DNA of 64,000 bases from Eledone cirrhosa (GCA_964016885.1 OZ024740.1:259842001-259906000); one strand, 5' to 3'. Positions 25,798-41,790 are shown, counted from the first letter of the stretch. The notes: a model not told the origin generated them from the letters alone. Numbers and translations are program-made.

Positions 25798-25911
25798 CAT
25801 GTATACATATATATACATATATTTATATACATGTATACATATATATATACATGTATACATATATATATATATACATGTTTACATATATATATACATATAT
25901 ATATATATACC

Positions 25912-25944
<33 letters not shown>

Positions 25945-25958
25945 ATATATACATATAC

Positions 25959-25992
<34 letters not shown>

Positions 25993-26164
25993 ATATACAT
26001 ATATATATACATACATATATATATACATATATATATATACATATATATATATACATATATATATACATACATATATATATACATATATATATATACATAT
26101 ATATATATACATATATATATATACATATATATATATACATATATATATACATATATATATATAC

Positions 26165-26211
<47 letters not shown>

Positions 26212-26226
26212 CATATATATATATAC

Positions 26227-26257
<31 letters not shown>

Positions 26258-26342
26258 CATATATATATATACATATATATATATACATATATATATATAC
26301 ATATATATATACATGTATACATATATATATATACATATATAC

Positions 26343-26375
<33 letters not shown>

Positions 26376-26685
26376 CATATATATATACATGTATACATAT
26401 ATATATATACATATATATATATACATATATATATACATATATATATATACATATATATATACATGTATACATATATATATATACATATACATATATATAT
26501 ACATATACATATATATATATACATATATATATACATATACATATATATATATACATATATATATATACATATATATATACATATACATATACATATACAT
26601 ATATATATACATATATAGATACATATATATATATACATATACATGTATACATATATATATATACATATATATACATATGTATATT
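25798..26685. repeat. (TA)/(CA) microsatellite
   Basis: Direct reading. Confidence 0.97.
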
Positions 26686-28335
26686 TCGTTTCTGAATTTG
26701 TTTAGCAAGATTCTTTATCTAAAAACGTGTGTTGAAACTGATATTGTTATACTTTGGGAGGGTCATGTTGCCAATAAGAAACACACGCACCAGTTGCTTT
26801 CACTTCTATTTATTATAATAAATTTATAAATTTAGGAATTTATAAATTTCCGGTTGGTTGCTTGGTTCCACAACCAGATGGTTGTTTATATATTGTCAAA
26901 GTTCTTTTGTCACACATTCTGTGACCTTTTCAGTGGGGATTCTTTTCTGTTTTTTCTGCCTCTCCTTTGTTCTGTCCTACGCCATCTTGTTTTTGTGTGT
27001 GTGTTGTGTGCTTAGTTTGCGCATGTTTTACATCCAGGTGTCTGTGTGTGTTTATATTCGTTTATTTATTTGTTTATTTACATGTTACTGGTTGGTTGTT
27101 TGTTCTATGTGTGTGTGTGTTTTCATTTTGTCCTTAATTGTAAGTTGTGATGTTGCTGTTCCACTCATGTTTTCTATTTAATTTTGGTTGTAATTCATTT
27201 ATGTTTATTGCCTCTCTGATTTGTCTAAACATTGCGTCTTTTCTGTGTGTAGATTCTATTTTTATTTCTATGTTCTCTAATTTACCCTTATGTTCTATTT
27301 TAGCATGTTGGTAGATTACAGATGATTCTTCACTATCTTGAAGGTCTCGCCAGTGTTCATTTATCCGTTCCCCTATACTACGTGCTGTCTCACCTATGTA
27401 CACTATATTTTTATCTCTACATTGTCCTTCAGTACATCTTATGCAACTACATTTCTAGTTTTACAGTTAATATGGGGGCTTAATTTACAGATTATACATT
27501 TCTTATTTATACAGGGAGATAGATAAAAAATGTGTAGTAATAGTTGTTGTGGTTTTTCGGTTGTTTGGTGTAATAGGAATAATCACTTTATGTATTTGTT
27601 TCAATGGTATTTTTTGGTGTTTGTAGTTTTTGTTAGGTTTTATGTTTTGGTCCATCGTAGTGTTGGGGATAAATGAGATTTTTTCTTTATATCCACTTCT
27701 AGTTAAGGCCTCGTTGTAGAAGGGTGCATTATTATAAAATATATCTTCATTGGAAGATAATTTAGAAAGTCTAAGAGAAATGTTATATACTAAGTTCTTG
27801 ACTATAGAGCCTGGGTGGTAAAATCGTGAATGTACATAATGTAGATTCTGGTTAGGCTTGTGGTATGGTTGATAAATATTTGTAGAGAGATCTAAGGTAA
27901 CATCAAGGAAATTAGCTACTTTTGAAGTGTTTTCAAAAGTGATGTTAAGGCCGTAATGGTCCTTGAGGAATTTTCTAATTTGCTTTTTGTTCTTCTCTAT
28001 ATTGGAATTGCTAAGATTGTTAGATAACAATAGACAATCATCCCGATAAAGACTACCTTTGAGGTGGGGAAAAGAGTCATTAATGTTATAGAGGAGAAAT
28101 AGTCCAACGAGGTCTGTAACTTGAGCAGAGTCCATGGATCCCATCGTAATATCGAATAAGTTGTTATACGTATTTCTTGTCCAATATTCATCTTGGAAGT
28201 TTAGTAAGGTTTTTCTAGCGTGAGTTATGATGTTGATTTCCTCAGTAGATAAATCTGATCTATTTCTGGCAAAGATCAGTGCTTTGTTTAAAAGAATTGG
28301 AGAAATCGAAGAATAGTAGGAATTGTGTGCTATGT
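26686..28335 (-). mobile_element. 5'-truncated Penelope-like element (RT + GIY-YIG + 3' pLTR)
   Basis: RT motifs FDITMGSMDSAQVTDLVG, LYRDD, NFLDVTLDL, YHKPN; GIY-YIG YIGETARS...R...EH...EA...LNRK (27134-27403); 3' non-coding part matches 63232-63435. Confidence 0.88.
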
Positions 28336-28361
28336 TTATATATATATACATATATATATAT

Positions 28362-28668
28362 GGAGGCACATGGCTTAGTGGTTTGAGCATTGGGCTTGCA
28401 ATCGAAAGGTTGTGAGTTCAATTCTCAGACATTGCTCCAGTTTACTAAGCTGTAGAAATGAGATGATAGGGACTGGGGTCCATATCATTTCACTGTAAAG
28501 TGGTCGTGGAGGTGCCATGGCAAAAAAGCACCCAGCACTCACTGTAAATGAGGTTGGTGTTAGGAAGGGCATCCAGCTGTAGAAATCAAGCCAGAATCAG
28601 TTCCCGTCCCACCCTTGCAAGCAGGGAAAAGAGGACGTAATATAATGATGATGATGATGATAATGATA
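28362..28668 (+). mobile_element. tRNA-headed SINE with RTE subfamily-B tail
   Basis: ggaggcacatggcttagtggt...gagttcaattc head, ggaagggcatccagc body, and cccgtcccacccttgcaagcagggaaaag tail matching 61782-61810. Confidence 0.8.
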
Positions 28669-28997
28669 TACATATTCATTTCATCATTTCATTTCATATA
28701 CATACATATATATATACATATATACATACATATATATATATATACATATTCATTTCATCATTTCATTTCATATACATACATATATATATACATATATATA
28801 TACATACATATATATATATGTATATATATATACATATTCATTTCATTTCATATACATACATATATATATACATATATACATACATATATATATATACATT
28901 TATATATATATACACATATACATACATACATATATACATACATATATATATATATACATACATATATATATATATACATATATATATATAAACACAT

Positions 28998-29031
<34 letters not shown>

Positions 29032-29076
29032 ATGATGGCTGCCCCCTCATTATCGAGTATGGCCATTGCACGAGGA

Positions 29077-29107
<31 letters not shown>

Positions 29108-29160
29108 CGCGGTGCCCCAGCATGGCCTCAGCCGGATGGCTGAAACAGGTAAAAGAGTAA
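29108..29160 (+). mobile_element. Isolated SINE-type 3' tail fragment
   Basis: gcggtgccccagcatggcctcagccggatggctgaaacaggtaaaagagtaa between TA tracts. Confidence 0.55.
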
Positions 29161-29310
29161 TATATATATACATATACATATATATTAATAACAATAATAA
29201 TAATAACGAAAACAACAACAATAATAATAATAACGAAAACAACAACAATAATAATATACATATATATATACACACACACGCACATACATAAACATATCTA
29301 TACACACACA

Positions 29311-31727
29311 CACGATAGCAACTAACAGCGCTGCGATCGAATGTGGCTTTTTAGCCCAGTCAATGATCATTAATGTCTTGCACAGAGTCGGCAACCAAAA
29401 CATTCACTGGGAATAGCTGGCTGTGGTTGGAGTTCATGTACTTTTGCATGTCGTTTGAGCCCTCCTGCTGATTTACATTCTCTACCACATGCTTGGCAAG
29501 CATGATGAGGAGCATCTCCAACAGCAGCCTGGTAGTCAACCACTGGTCTTACTTTATGACTGCGAAGATGACTTTCGAGTCCAGCTTTGCTTAGGCAGAG
29601 TCTCGCACAGACGCTGCATGTCAGTACCATAGGAGGACCCTCTCCGTCTGGAAGTGCAACAGCAATGCCCTTCCTCACATCCCGCTTTACTTTCTCGTAA
29701 GCGATTCGAGATGCTTCAAAGGCAACTTTTCCCTCGTATAGTCTTTCTCCATTTATTACGATCAGCAGCAATATTTTCCCATGTATCAGCAGAGATGTTA
29801 GCGTCTTTCAAAGAGGCTTTCAAGGAATCCTTATACCTCTTTTTTGGTTTATGTGGCGGTCGTTTTCCTTTAACTAACTCTCCATAAAAGAGTTGTTTTG
29901 GTATTCTAGAATCCTTCTTCCTGGCAAGGTGACCACTCCAACGGAGTCGTTGCTTAAGCACAAGAGCTTCTATACTGTCACACAGAGAGCTTTCCAAAAT
30001 CTCGATATCACTGATGTGGTCCCTCCAGTGAACGCCATGGATCCGTCTGAGACATATCTGATGGAAAAGCTCCAATTGCTTAAGGTGGTGTCAATATGTG
30101 ACCCAGGTCTCGCAGGCATAAAGAAGAGAAGAGAGCACACATGCCTTGTACACCTATACCTTTGTCTTCTTGCATATGTCTCGCCAACCCCAGAGTCGCC
30201 TTTCTAGCTTTCCGAAAGCATCACTTGCTTTCCTAATTCTAAGTGAGATTTGACTATCAAGGTTGCTGTATCGATTGACAGTGCTTCCCAGGTAGACAAA
30301 CTGATCCAGCACTCCAAGTCGTTTACCATACACATAGATATTTGGTTCACTGTACTGCTTACCAGGGCAGGTTGGTACATGACGACGGTTTTCTTGAGAC
30401 TGACAGTCAGACCTAGGGCAGTGCAAGCGTCAGAAAATGCATTCAAAATGTGCTGTATATCACTCTCTGTGTGCGCTACAAGATCGCAATCATCTGCATA
30501 CAAGAGGTCTCTTATGATTGATGTAAATACTTTTGTCTTTGCAGCAAAGCGCCTGATGTTAAATATGCTGCCAGAGGTTCGATATCGGATGTAAACACCA
30601 TGCTCGCAATTCCTGAATGCAATACAGAAAACCATTGCAAAGTATATGGCAAACAGGGTCAGTGCTGGAATATCCCCCTGTTTCACTCCATTTTTTACCG
30701 AGATAGGCTCCGACATGTTACCTCCGACATTAACCCAAGCCTTCATGTCGTCATGGAAAGACCTAACTAAAGCAAGGCACTTATCAGGGCAACCAAGTTT
30801 CTGGAGAACCTTCCATAATGCATTTCTGTTAAGAGTATGGAAAGCTTTTGTCAGATCGACAAAAACCTGATACAGATCCAAACTTTGTTCCATGCACTTC
30901 TCCTGGAGCTGTCTAGCTGAGAAGATCATATCAGTAGTGCCGTGTCCAGCACGAAAACCAGATTGACTTTCAGGAAGAACACAATCTGCAATGTGTGTCA
31001 GCAGACGGTCCAGAAGGACCCTACATAAAACTTTCCCTACGACAGAAAGCAATGATATACCTCTGTAGTTCCCACAATCATTCCTGTTACCTTTTCCTTT
31101 GTACAAGACCACCATTACTGCATCTCTCCAGTCCTCAGGTATGGATTCATTAGCCCATATCCTGCCCCAAAAATAGTGAAGATGTTGCAGGAGTCTCTCA
31201 CCACCATATTGTAGGAGCTCAGCATGTATGCCATCCATACCTGGAAACCTTCCACTGTTCAGCTTCGAGAGAGCCACTGCAACCTCTACAAGCATCGGAG
31301 GTTCTGCGAGAGCTACTTTCACAGGACTTTCTGGAATGAGATTGAGGAAATCTTCATTGACGACAGACGGCTGATTCAAAAGATCATCAAAGTGCTCTCG
31401 CCACCTTCGTAGAATTCCTTGTGAGTCACGAAGAAGTTCTTTGACATCCTTGCTGCGAAGCGGTGTCACCAGAGAAGACGGTCCATAAACCTCATGCAAG
31501 AGACTGTACAACAGCTTTGTGTTATTGGAATCTGACACAGTTTGTATCTCACTCCACCACTGATCCTTCATCTGAGAAAGACTCCGCCTAACACGTGATT
31601 TTACATCCTTGAGTTCCTCATGCAACGTATTCCTCTCCTGTGGTTTTGCCATCAAGTAGCGTGACAGAGCACGCCTCTTATCAGCTAACAAGTCTTCTAT
31701 ATGTTCATCATTCTCATTAAACTAGTC
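29311..31727 (-). mobile_element. 5'-truncated RTE (BovB-like) LINE with C-terminal C2H2 fingers; frameshifted
   Basis: NYRGISLLS, ESQSGFR, FVDLTKAF, GVKQGD, LLYADD, FVYLGS, RLRWSGHL; fingers CSVC...HLRSH and CQAC...HAKVH. Confidence 0.9.
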
Positions 31728-32660
31728 CTATATACACATATATATATACATATATATATATACACACATATATATACATATATATATACACACACATATA
31801 TATACATATATATATACACATATATATACATATATATACACACATATATATACATATATATACACACATATATATACATATATATACACACATATATATA
31901 CATATATATACACACATATATATACATATATATATACACACATATATATACATATATATACACACATATATATACATATATATACACACATATATATACA
32001 TATATACATATATATATACACACATATATATACATATATATACACACATATATATACATATATACATATATATATACACACATATATATACATATATATA
32101 TACACACACATATATACATATATATATACACACACATATATACATATATATATATACACACACATATATATACATATATATATACACACACATATATATA
32201 CATATATATATACACACACATATATATATACATATATATATATATATACACATATATATATATATATATATACACATATATATACATATATATACACATA
32301 TATATACATATATATATACATATATATACACATATATATACATATATATACACATATATATACATATATATATACACATATATACATATATATATATATA
32401 TACATATACACATATATACATATATATATATATATACATATACACATATATACATATATATATATATACATATACACATATATACATATATATATATATA
32501 TACATATACACATATATATATATATATACAAATACACATATATACATATATATATATATACATATACACATATATACATATATATATATATACATATACA
32601 CATATATACATATATATATATATACATATACACATATATACATATATATATATATACATA
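31728..32660. repeat. (TA)/(CA) microsatellite
   Basis: Direct reading. Confidence 0.97.
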
Positions 32661-33213
32661 TGGTGGCTGCCAACTCGTTTTCGAGTACGGCCACTACTTT
32701 ATATCCATGTAGGAGAACCCCTACCGATGCGCTGAACGAGTGTGACTTTTTAGTCCAGCCAGCGACTTGAAAACTCTGGTATAAACACTACACTTGTGAC
32801 AATTACTGACACATAGTGCTGGGCCCATGGTACCATGTGACGACAAGTGCAGAGAGATCTCCAGATATAAAGCAATGCCTGTGCCGTGAAGCTTTTATAG
32901 TGAGCAAAGGCACTGCACAAAGCCAGTCCCACTCTCTTAACCAAGATGATATTTACCAAAAAGAAGAACAAGTCAACATCATTGGATACCATCAGGGTTG
33001 CAGGTGTTATATCAGAGTTTTCCTTCTCCTAGAATTCTGCCTTGACAAAGGCTAAGGGGTCATCTCTCCCGGTGATTTTGGATGGCCATTGACTCTTAAG
33101 AGCTCCTTTGCCCTTTGACAGGTTTTGTTTTTAGTCCTGCAGGATGTCCAAAGTCACCCTCCTCACCAAGAAACCTTGGTGGGGTTGCCAGTTTAGTCGC
33201 CAACGACCCGACC
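32661..33213 (-). mobile_element. ~550-bp internally deleted non-autonomous RTE derivative; relative at 47915-48381
   Basis: Both copies begin tggtcgggtc on the minus strand and end in gcagcca; zinc-finger remnant [14 protein letters not shown] lies near the 3' end. Confidence 0.6.
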
Positions 33214-33273
33214 ATATATACATATACACATATATATACACACATATATATACATATATATATACACATATAC

Positions 33274-33318
<45 letters not shown>

Positions 33319-33451
33319 TATATATATATACACATATATATATACATATATATATATACACATATATATACGTATATATATACACATACATATATATATA
33401 CACATACATATACACATACATATACATATATATATACACATATATATACAC

Positions 33452-33500
<49 letters not shown>

Positions 33501-33509
33501 TATACACAT

Positions 33510-33548
<39 letters not shown>

Positions 33549-33557
33549 TATATATAT

Positions 33558-34964
33558 CATTAAGGTATTTGAGCGAGTGGTGAGATCGCGAATGACCCAC
33601 TTCCTTGAGAGTAACAATATGCTGAACTCCAACCAGCATGGATTCCGTAATGGAAGGGATTGCCTGACGCAACTACTGCATCACTTTGATGACATTTTGA
33701 GAGCCTTGGGAGAGGGTTCCAACACTGATGTTATCTACCTTGATTTCAGCAAGGCCTTTGACAGGGTTGATCATAACATTCTACTGAGAAAGCTGTCCAA
33801 TATTGGTGTCACTGGAAAGCTGCTGCAGTGGATCAAGAGCTTCCTGTCAAACAGAACCCAACATGTTGTAGTTGAGGGAGTCAAATCAAGCCCAGCCAAA
33901 GTCAGTAGTGGAGTCCCACAAGGCACTGTGTTGGGCCCACTTCTCTTCATCATCTATATTAATGACATCACTGACATCATCAAACACAGCAACATTAAAA
34001 TTTTCGCTGATGATTCCAAGCTCCAAAAGGTCATCAATGGCGTGGATGACCGGATAAGCCTTCAGTCAGACCTACTGGCTGTTACCCAATGGGCAGAAAA
34101 GAACAACATGTTACTGAACGAGGACAAATTCGAACTGATCCACTTTGGAAAAGAGGATGCTCTGAAACTCCCGTACTCCCTTCCCTCCGGGGAAACTCTC
34201 GTGGCATCTAACAACATCAGAGACTTGGGAGTAACCGTGGACAGCAACATAAGCTGGACCACGCATATAAGCAGCAAAGTTGACATGGCCCGCAGAATGT
34301 GTTCCTGGATCCTCAGAACCTTCCAGTCGAGAGATTCCCGCACCATTATCCTTCTCTTCTCTACTTTCGCCCGACCACACCTTGAATACTGTTGTCCACT
34401 GTGGTCTCCCCACACGAAACAAAGTATCATGAAACTTGAAGCTCCTCAAAGGGCAATCACGAAAAAGATAGATGGCATGTCAGACCTTGACTACTGGGGT
34501 CGATTGGAAAACCTGAAACTTTACTCACTCCAACGTCGCCGTGAGCGTTATATTATCTGCATGATGTGGAAAATGTTCCATCATCACTGCCCAAATGATG
34601 TTGGCATCGCCTTCAAGATACACCCAAGGCTTGGGCCCCGTGCTATCCGTCCCATTCAAAAATCTAAATCGCAACTCATAACAACAATACGGCACAATTA
34701 TTTCACCTCAATCGGCCCTGCTCTCTTCAACATCACACCAGGACACATCAAAACAGAAACTGACCACTCAAAATTCAAGAAGTCTTTGGACAAATTCCTC
34801 CAAGTAATCCCGGACAAACCACCCACACCCGGATATGTCTCCGCAAACAGTAATTCTCTTCTCGAATGGGCCATGGTGCCCAAATCCTGAATTGAAAGAC
34901 TTCGCCAGGTGGTGCTATTAAGTTAGACATGGCCTGGGCCAATACTGGCCAAAACATTTCAAAG
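33558..34964 (+). mobile_element. 5'-truncated CR1-clade LINE with open RT frame to the stop at 34890
   Basis: [44 protein letters not shown]...WSP; inserted in a TA tract. Confidence 0.92.
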
Positions 34965-35277
34965 TTATATATATACACATATATATACATATATACACAT
35001 ATATATACATATATATATATATATACACATATATATACATATATATATATATACACATATATATACATATATATATACACATATATACACATATATATAT
35101 ATATATACACATATATACACATATATATACATATATATATATATATACACATATATATACATATATATATACACATATATATACCCATATATATACATAT
35201 ATATACATATATATATATATTTATTAAAATAACAGATTAAAGTTTAAGCAATGAATCGCTGCTTTCGCCCTTATTAT

Positions 35278-35335
<58 letters not shown>

Positions 35336-35455
35336 CGAAGGAAATGTGGTAAGGAACCAGGTGGACCATAATGCACCAAAGTACTCAATACTAGATTTTA
35401 GTCCAGAATTAGCCGTCGAAACGGCTTGAGCTCAGCCGTCGGGGTCCTACTCGTT

Positions 35456-35501
<46 letters not shown>

Positions 35502-35597
35502 TATGCTTTTTCATAATTACACATGAAGGCGAACTAGCCAGTTTTAGAATTCTCTTTTTCGGATTATAATACTGTGAGAGCCCTGGTTTTCTGTTGA

Positions 35598-35678
35598 GCT
35601 CCGCTGATGAATGAAATCCAACCGTGACTATCTCCACTGAAAGTTTTCATGAAATAGTCTTTTAAGACTATACAGAGC
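35598..35678 (+). ncRNA. Type I hammerhead ribozyme
   Basis: Stem I gctccg/cagagc; CTGATGA (35604-35610); stem II atgaaa/tttcat; GAAA (35651-35654); stem III tagtct/agacta; AUA cleavage triplet. Confidence 0.85.
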
Positions 35679-35925
35679 ATTTGATGTTATTCCAAATTGA
35701 AGGATAAGTGTTTCAAACTTTATTTTATCATGAGTTAAAGGTCTATAGATTTTTCCATGGATTTCACTAAATTGAATTTATATCCTGATTCTCTTTTGAG
35801 ATGAGTTTGAATTATTTTTCATAAAATCTTACGTTAACTACTTTTCCCATCTTGACGTTATAGTTGCTTATATGTGATGGAATGCTGTTAGCTTCTTGCT
35901 AAAACAATCTCTATACCTCTCATTT

Positions 35926-38025
<2,100 letters not shown>

Positions 38026-38167
38026 TCATCATCATCATCACCGTTTTACGTCCGTTCATCCACGCTAGCATGGGTTAGACGGGTTGTCCTGTTGTGGGCA
38101 GTGTCTGGTCGGCTGACCATGCCTTGCTCATATATATACATATATATATACATATGCATATATATAT

Positions 38168-38247
<80 letters not shown>

Positions 38248-38650
38248 CAAAATTGACTGTCCAGCTATATATATGGAATCTATAACCTTGGTTTTTTTTC
38301 CCTGTATTATTGATAACGCACTGTATATCTGTCTCTGGTGTGTTACCTTTTCAACATATTGTATTTTAAAGAGCTCAGGATCTCTTCTTTCAGCACATTA
38401 TTTACAGGGAATAGCGAGGGCCTGTGCCTCCGTTAATTTATCGTGATATTTCGCTCATAATAACAGTCTTTCCTATCTCTGTTTGGTTGAGCACACTTCT
38501 CTGAGTGGCTTTGGGCTGCCCTTTCTAGCAGCTCGTCCCTCAGAGGCCACTGGTTCACTGCCCTTAAACACGCTGTGACTTCTCTCTCCCACGTGTAGCT
38601 GGACAGCCACTTTTAAAATTCTTTTAGTGTTGTCTGAAATGTATAGCCTT

Positions 38651-38730
38651 ACACACGCTGATGAACCGAGGTTACTCCATTTCTGTTAACAAATTACTGG
38701 TGAAACATCTCTTTGGATTTGTACGTGTGT
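38651..38730 (+). ncRNA. Type I hammerhead ribozyme
   Basis: Stem I acacacg/cgtgtgt (7 bp perfect); CTGATGA; stem II accg/tggt; GAAAC...GTA cleavage triplet; stem III imperfect. Confidence 0.75.
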
Positions 38731-38893
38731 TATATAGTTATAGAGGTATTTATTTACGCTTTAATTTATATTTTTAATTATCATGTCTATAGCCTGCCTT
38801 TCATAGGTTATAGATTCCATACACTGGTGGTTTTTTTCTCTGTTATATTGATAGCGCACTGTATATCTCTCTCTGGTGTGTTACCTTTTCAAC

Positions 38894-38898
<5 letters not shown>

Positions 38899-38963
<65 letters not shown>

Positions 38964-39110
38964 CATATATATACATATATACACATACATATATATACAT
39001 ATATATACATATATATATATACATATACATATATATATATACATATACATATATACATATACATATACATATATATACATATATATACACATATATATAT
39101 ATACACATAC

Positions 39111-39197
<87 letters not shown>

Positions 39198-39380
39198 CAC
39201 ATATATATATATACACATATATATATATATACACATATATATATATATACATATATATATATACACATATATATATATATACATATATATACATACACAT
39301 ATATATATATATATATATACATATATATACATACACATATATATACATACACATATATATACATACACATATACATACAC

Positions 39381-39434
<54 letters not shown>

Positions 39435-39577
39435 ATATACATATATATACATATATATATATACATATATATACACATATATACACACATATATATACAC
39501 ATATATACACATACACATATATATACATATATATACACATATATATACATACACATATATATATATACATATATATA
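38899..39577. repeat. (TA)/(CA) microsatellite
   Basis: Direct reading. Confidence 0.97.
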
Positions 39578-40877
39578 CAGAGTGCGAACGATATTTGTTT
39601 GCAAGATTACTGTCTAGGAAAAAATAACACAGTAGTTTTATTTTTTAAGATTTATTTATCAAACTTGGGTCAGTTTGTCTTCATGACTTGTTCTTTCAAT
39701 CTCACTCGATAAACCCGCCATTGGCTTCGATGACGGCCTCAAGGCGGCCTCGGAACCGGCTACAGGCCTTCGTCACTGTCTTAGGCCCCTAAAGGCACTT
39801 GTGATCCTGGCCTTCAGATCGTCTTTCGTATTGCAGCTAGATCTGTTGGTGTCTCGTTCCACTGCGCCCCACACAAAGAAGTCGAGGGGGTTGCAGTCAG
39901 GCGAGATGGGAGGCCGGATGTCAGGTGAAGTGTGGTTGACGAAGTTCTCTGACAGCCAGGCTTGGGTCTTTCGGCTGGTATGGCAGAGCGCTGAGTCTTG
40001 CTGCCACACGTACGGCCTACCTGCAGCTACTAGGTTGATCCAGGGCTTTACTACCTCGCTCAGAACGCGGATGTAGCCATCAGTGTTCAGCTTGAGGCCC
40101 TCAGGGAAGAAGTGAGGTGGCATGACGTCACCTTGACTGCTGACAGCACCTCAGACCAATGTTGTCACTGGAAACTTTGTCTGCATGACTCTGGGCACGT
40201 CTTTGGATGAGACAGCGAGCCACCTGTTGTTCTGGGAGTTGATCTTCTGGTCTTGGCAGAAGTTTTTCTTGTCGGAGAAAAACCACAGCATGTCTGACTC
40301 CAGTGGGTGTTTCAACTTGTTGATCAGCTTCTTTGCATGCTTCACTTGTTTTTTTTTGCATCGCCTTTGACAGAAATTGTCCTTTCCTCATCTTGTACGA
40401 AACATAGCGAATGTCTTCATGTACCACCAGCCTAATGAGCTTTTCATCCACGCCTTTCTCCCTTGCAATGGCACGCATTGACTTCCTAGGTTCATTGTTG
40501 TTGATATCCTGAACTTCAGCGACGAACTCGAGCGTTCTGCAGGCGTCAGATCGTCGATTATGTATTTTCCTCTCTGTTTTTCCTTCGTAGTTGAATCCTG
40601 AATCTTCCAATTCCTTTCTGACCTTTTCCACCATTCTCCTGCTGACGTTGAGAAAGTCTGAAATTTCCTTATTTGTCCTCTCGGCGCGGATTCCAAGAAG
40701 AACTCCGTGTCTCTTCCACAAATTTGGAGGTTCAAAATTATTCATAATCAATTATTCTGAAAATAAATAATGGAAATATAGTCACTGTTTTTATGAAGAC
40801 AAGAGTGACAACGGAAGTAAAAAAATTTGCATAAAATTAGCAGTTGAAAATTGCTAACAAATATCGTCCACACCCTG
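39578..40877 (-). mobile_element. Full-length Tc1/mariner-superfamily transposon, DD37D (maT) family
   Basis: TIRs cagagtgcgaacgatatttgtttgcaa and (rc) cagggtgtggacgatatttgttagcaa; TA on both flanks; 1300 bp. Confidence 0.92.
39702..40745 (-). pseudogene. Frameshifted DD37D transposase
   Basis: FFSDKKNF, WQQDSA, SPDCNPLD, with 37 residues between the 2nd and 3rd D; split over several frames; ends GGFIE*. Confidence 0.88.
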
Positions 40878-41733
40878 TACATGCACATATATATACATGT
40901 ATCATCATCATCATCATCGTTTAACGTCCATCTTCCACGCTAGCATGAGTTAGACGGTTTTATTCCATTTGATGCTGGGAATGGTCAGGAGACCATGTCT
41001 CGCTCGCACAGAAGCCTGTCTGGCAGGTGTTTTACAACTGAATGCCTTTTCTAACACCAACCACATTTACATATACATGTATATATATATACATGTATAT
41101 ACATATACATATATACATATACATGTATATACATATACATGTATATACATATACATGTATACATATACATATATAGTGGAGTGCTCATGCACGGTGATAA
41201 ATAGGTGAATACCCTTGTGTGCTTATATAATAGGTGAAGACCCTTAAAGACAGAAAAAGAAGTTGCCATCAGCTGCTATGAGGAATCAAGTCCTGTATGA
41301 TCAGAGAGATTCAGTGTGACACAATGTGTGTCCAGATTGACCCTTTGAATTACAGGTATAACTCACACACACATACACAAATACACATCCATACATACAA
41401 TCAGATGTGCTTTAGTTTGTCTGCAAATGCTAAGCTGTTTGTTGTATGTTTTGTCTGTTCTTTATAATATATCCGTTACACATTAATTGAAATATTGTTT
41501 GTGGTGAAAGACACCACCCTTACCCTCACACCATCACCACCCACACCTTCACACCATCACCACCCACACCATCACATCATCACCATCTCCACCCACACCA
41601 TCACCATCCACACCATCACATCTTCACCACGCACACCATCACATCATCACCATCACACCACATCAACATTATATAGAAATTTAATAAAACTTAAAACACA
41701 CAAACAAACACACACACAGTGTATTTGTGTGTA

Positions 41734-41789
<56 letters not shown>

Positions 41790-41790
<1 letters not shown>

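Noticed and set aside
28362-28430. tRNA gene
   Set aside because: A/B boxes continue into a SINE body with no clean cloverleaf; the same applies to the other SINE heads.
33115-33557. N-terminal extension of the 591-aa ORF as a fusion protein
   Set aside because: Chance read-through from an antisense RTE end across microsatellite into the CR1 frame.
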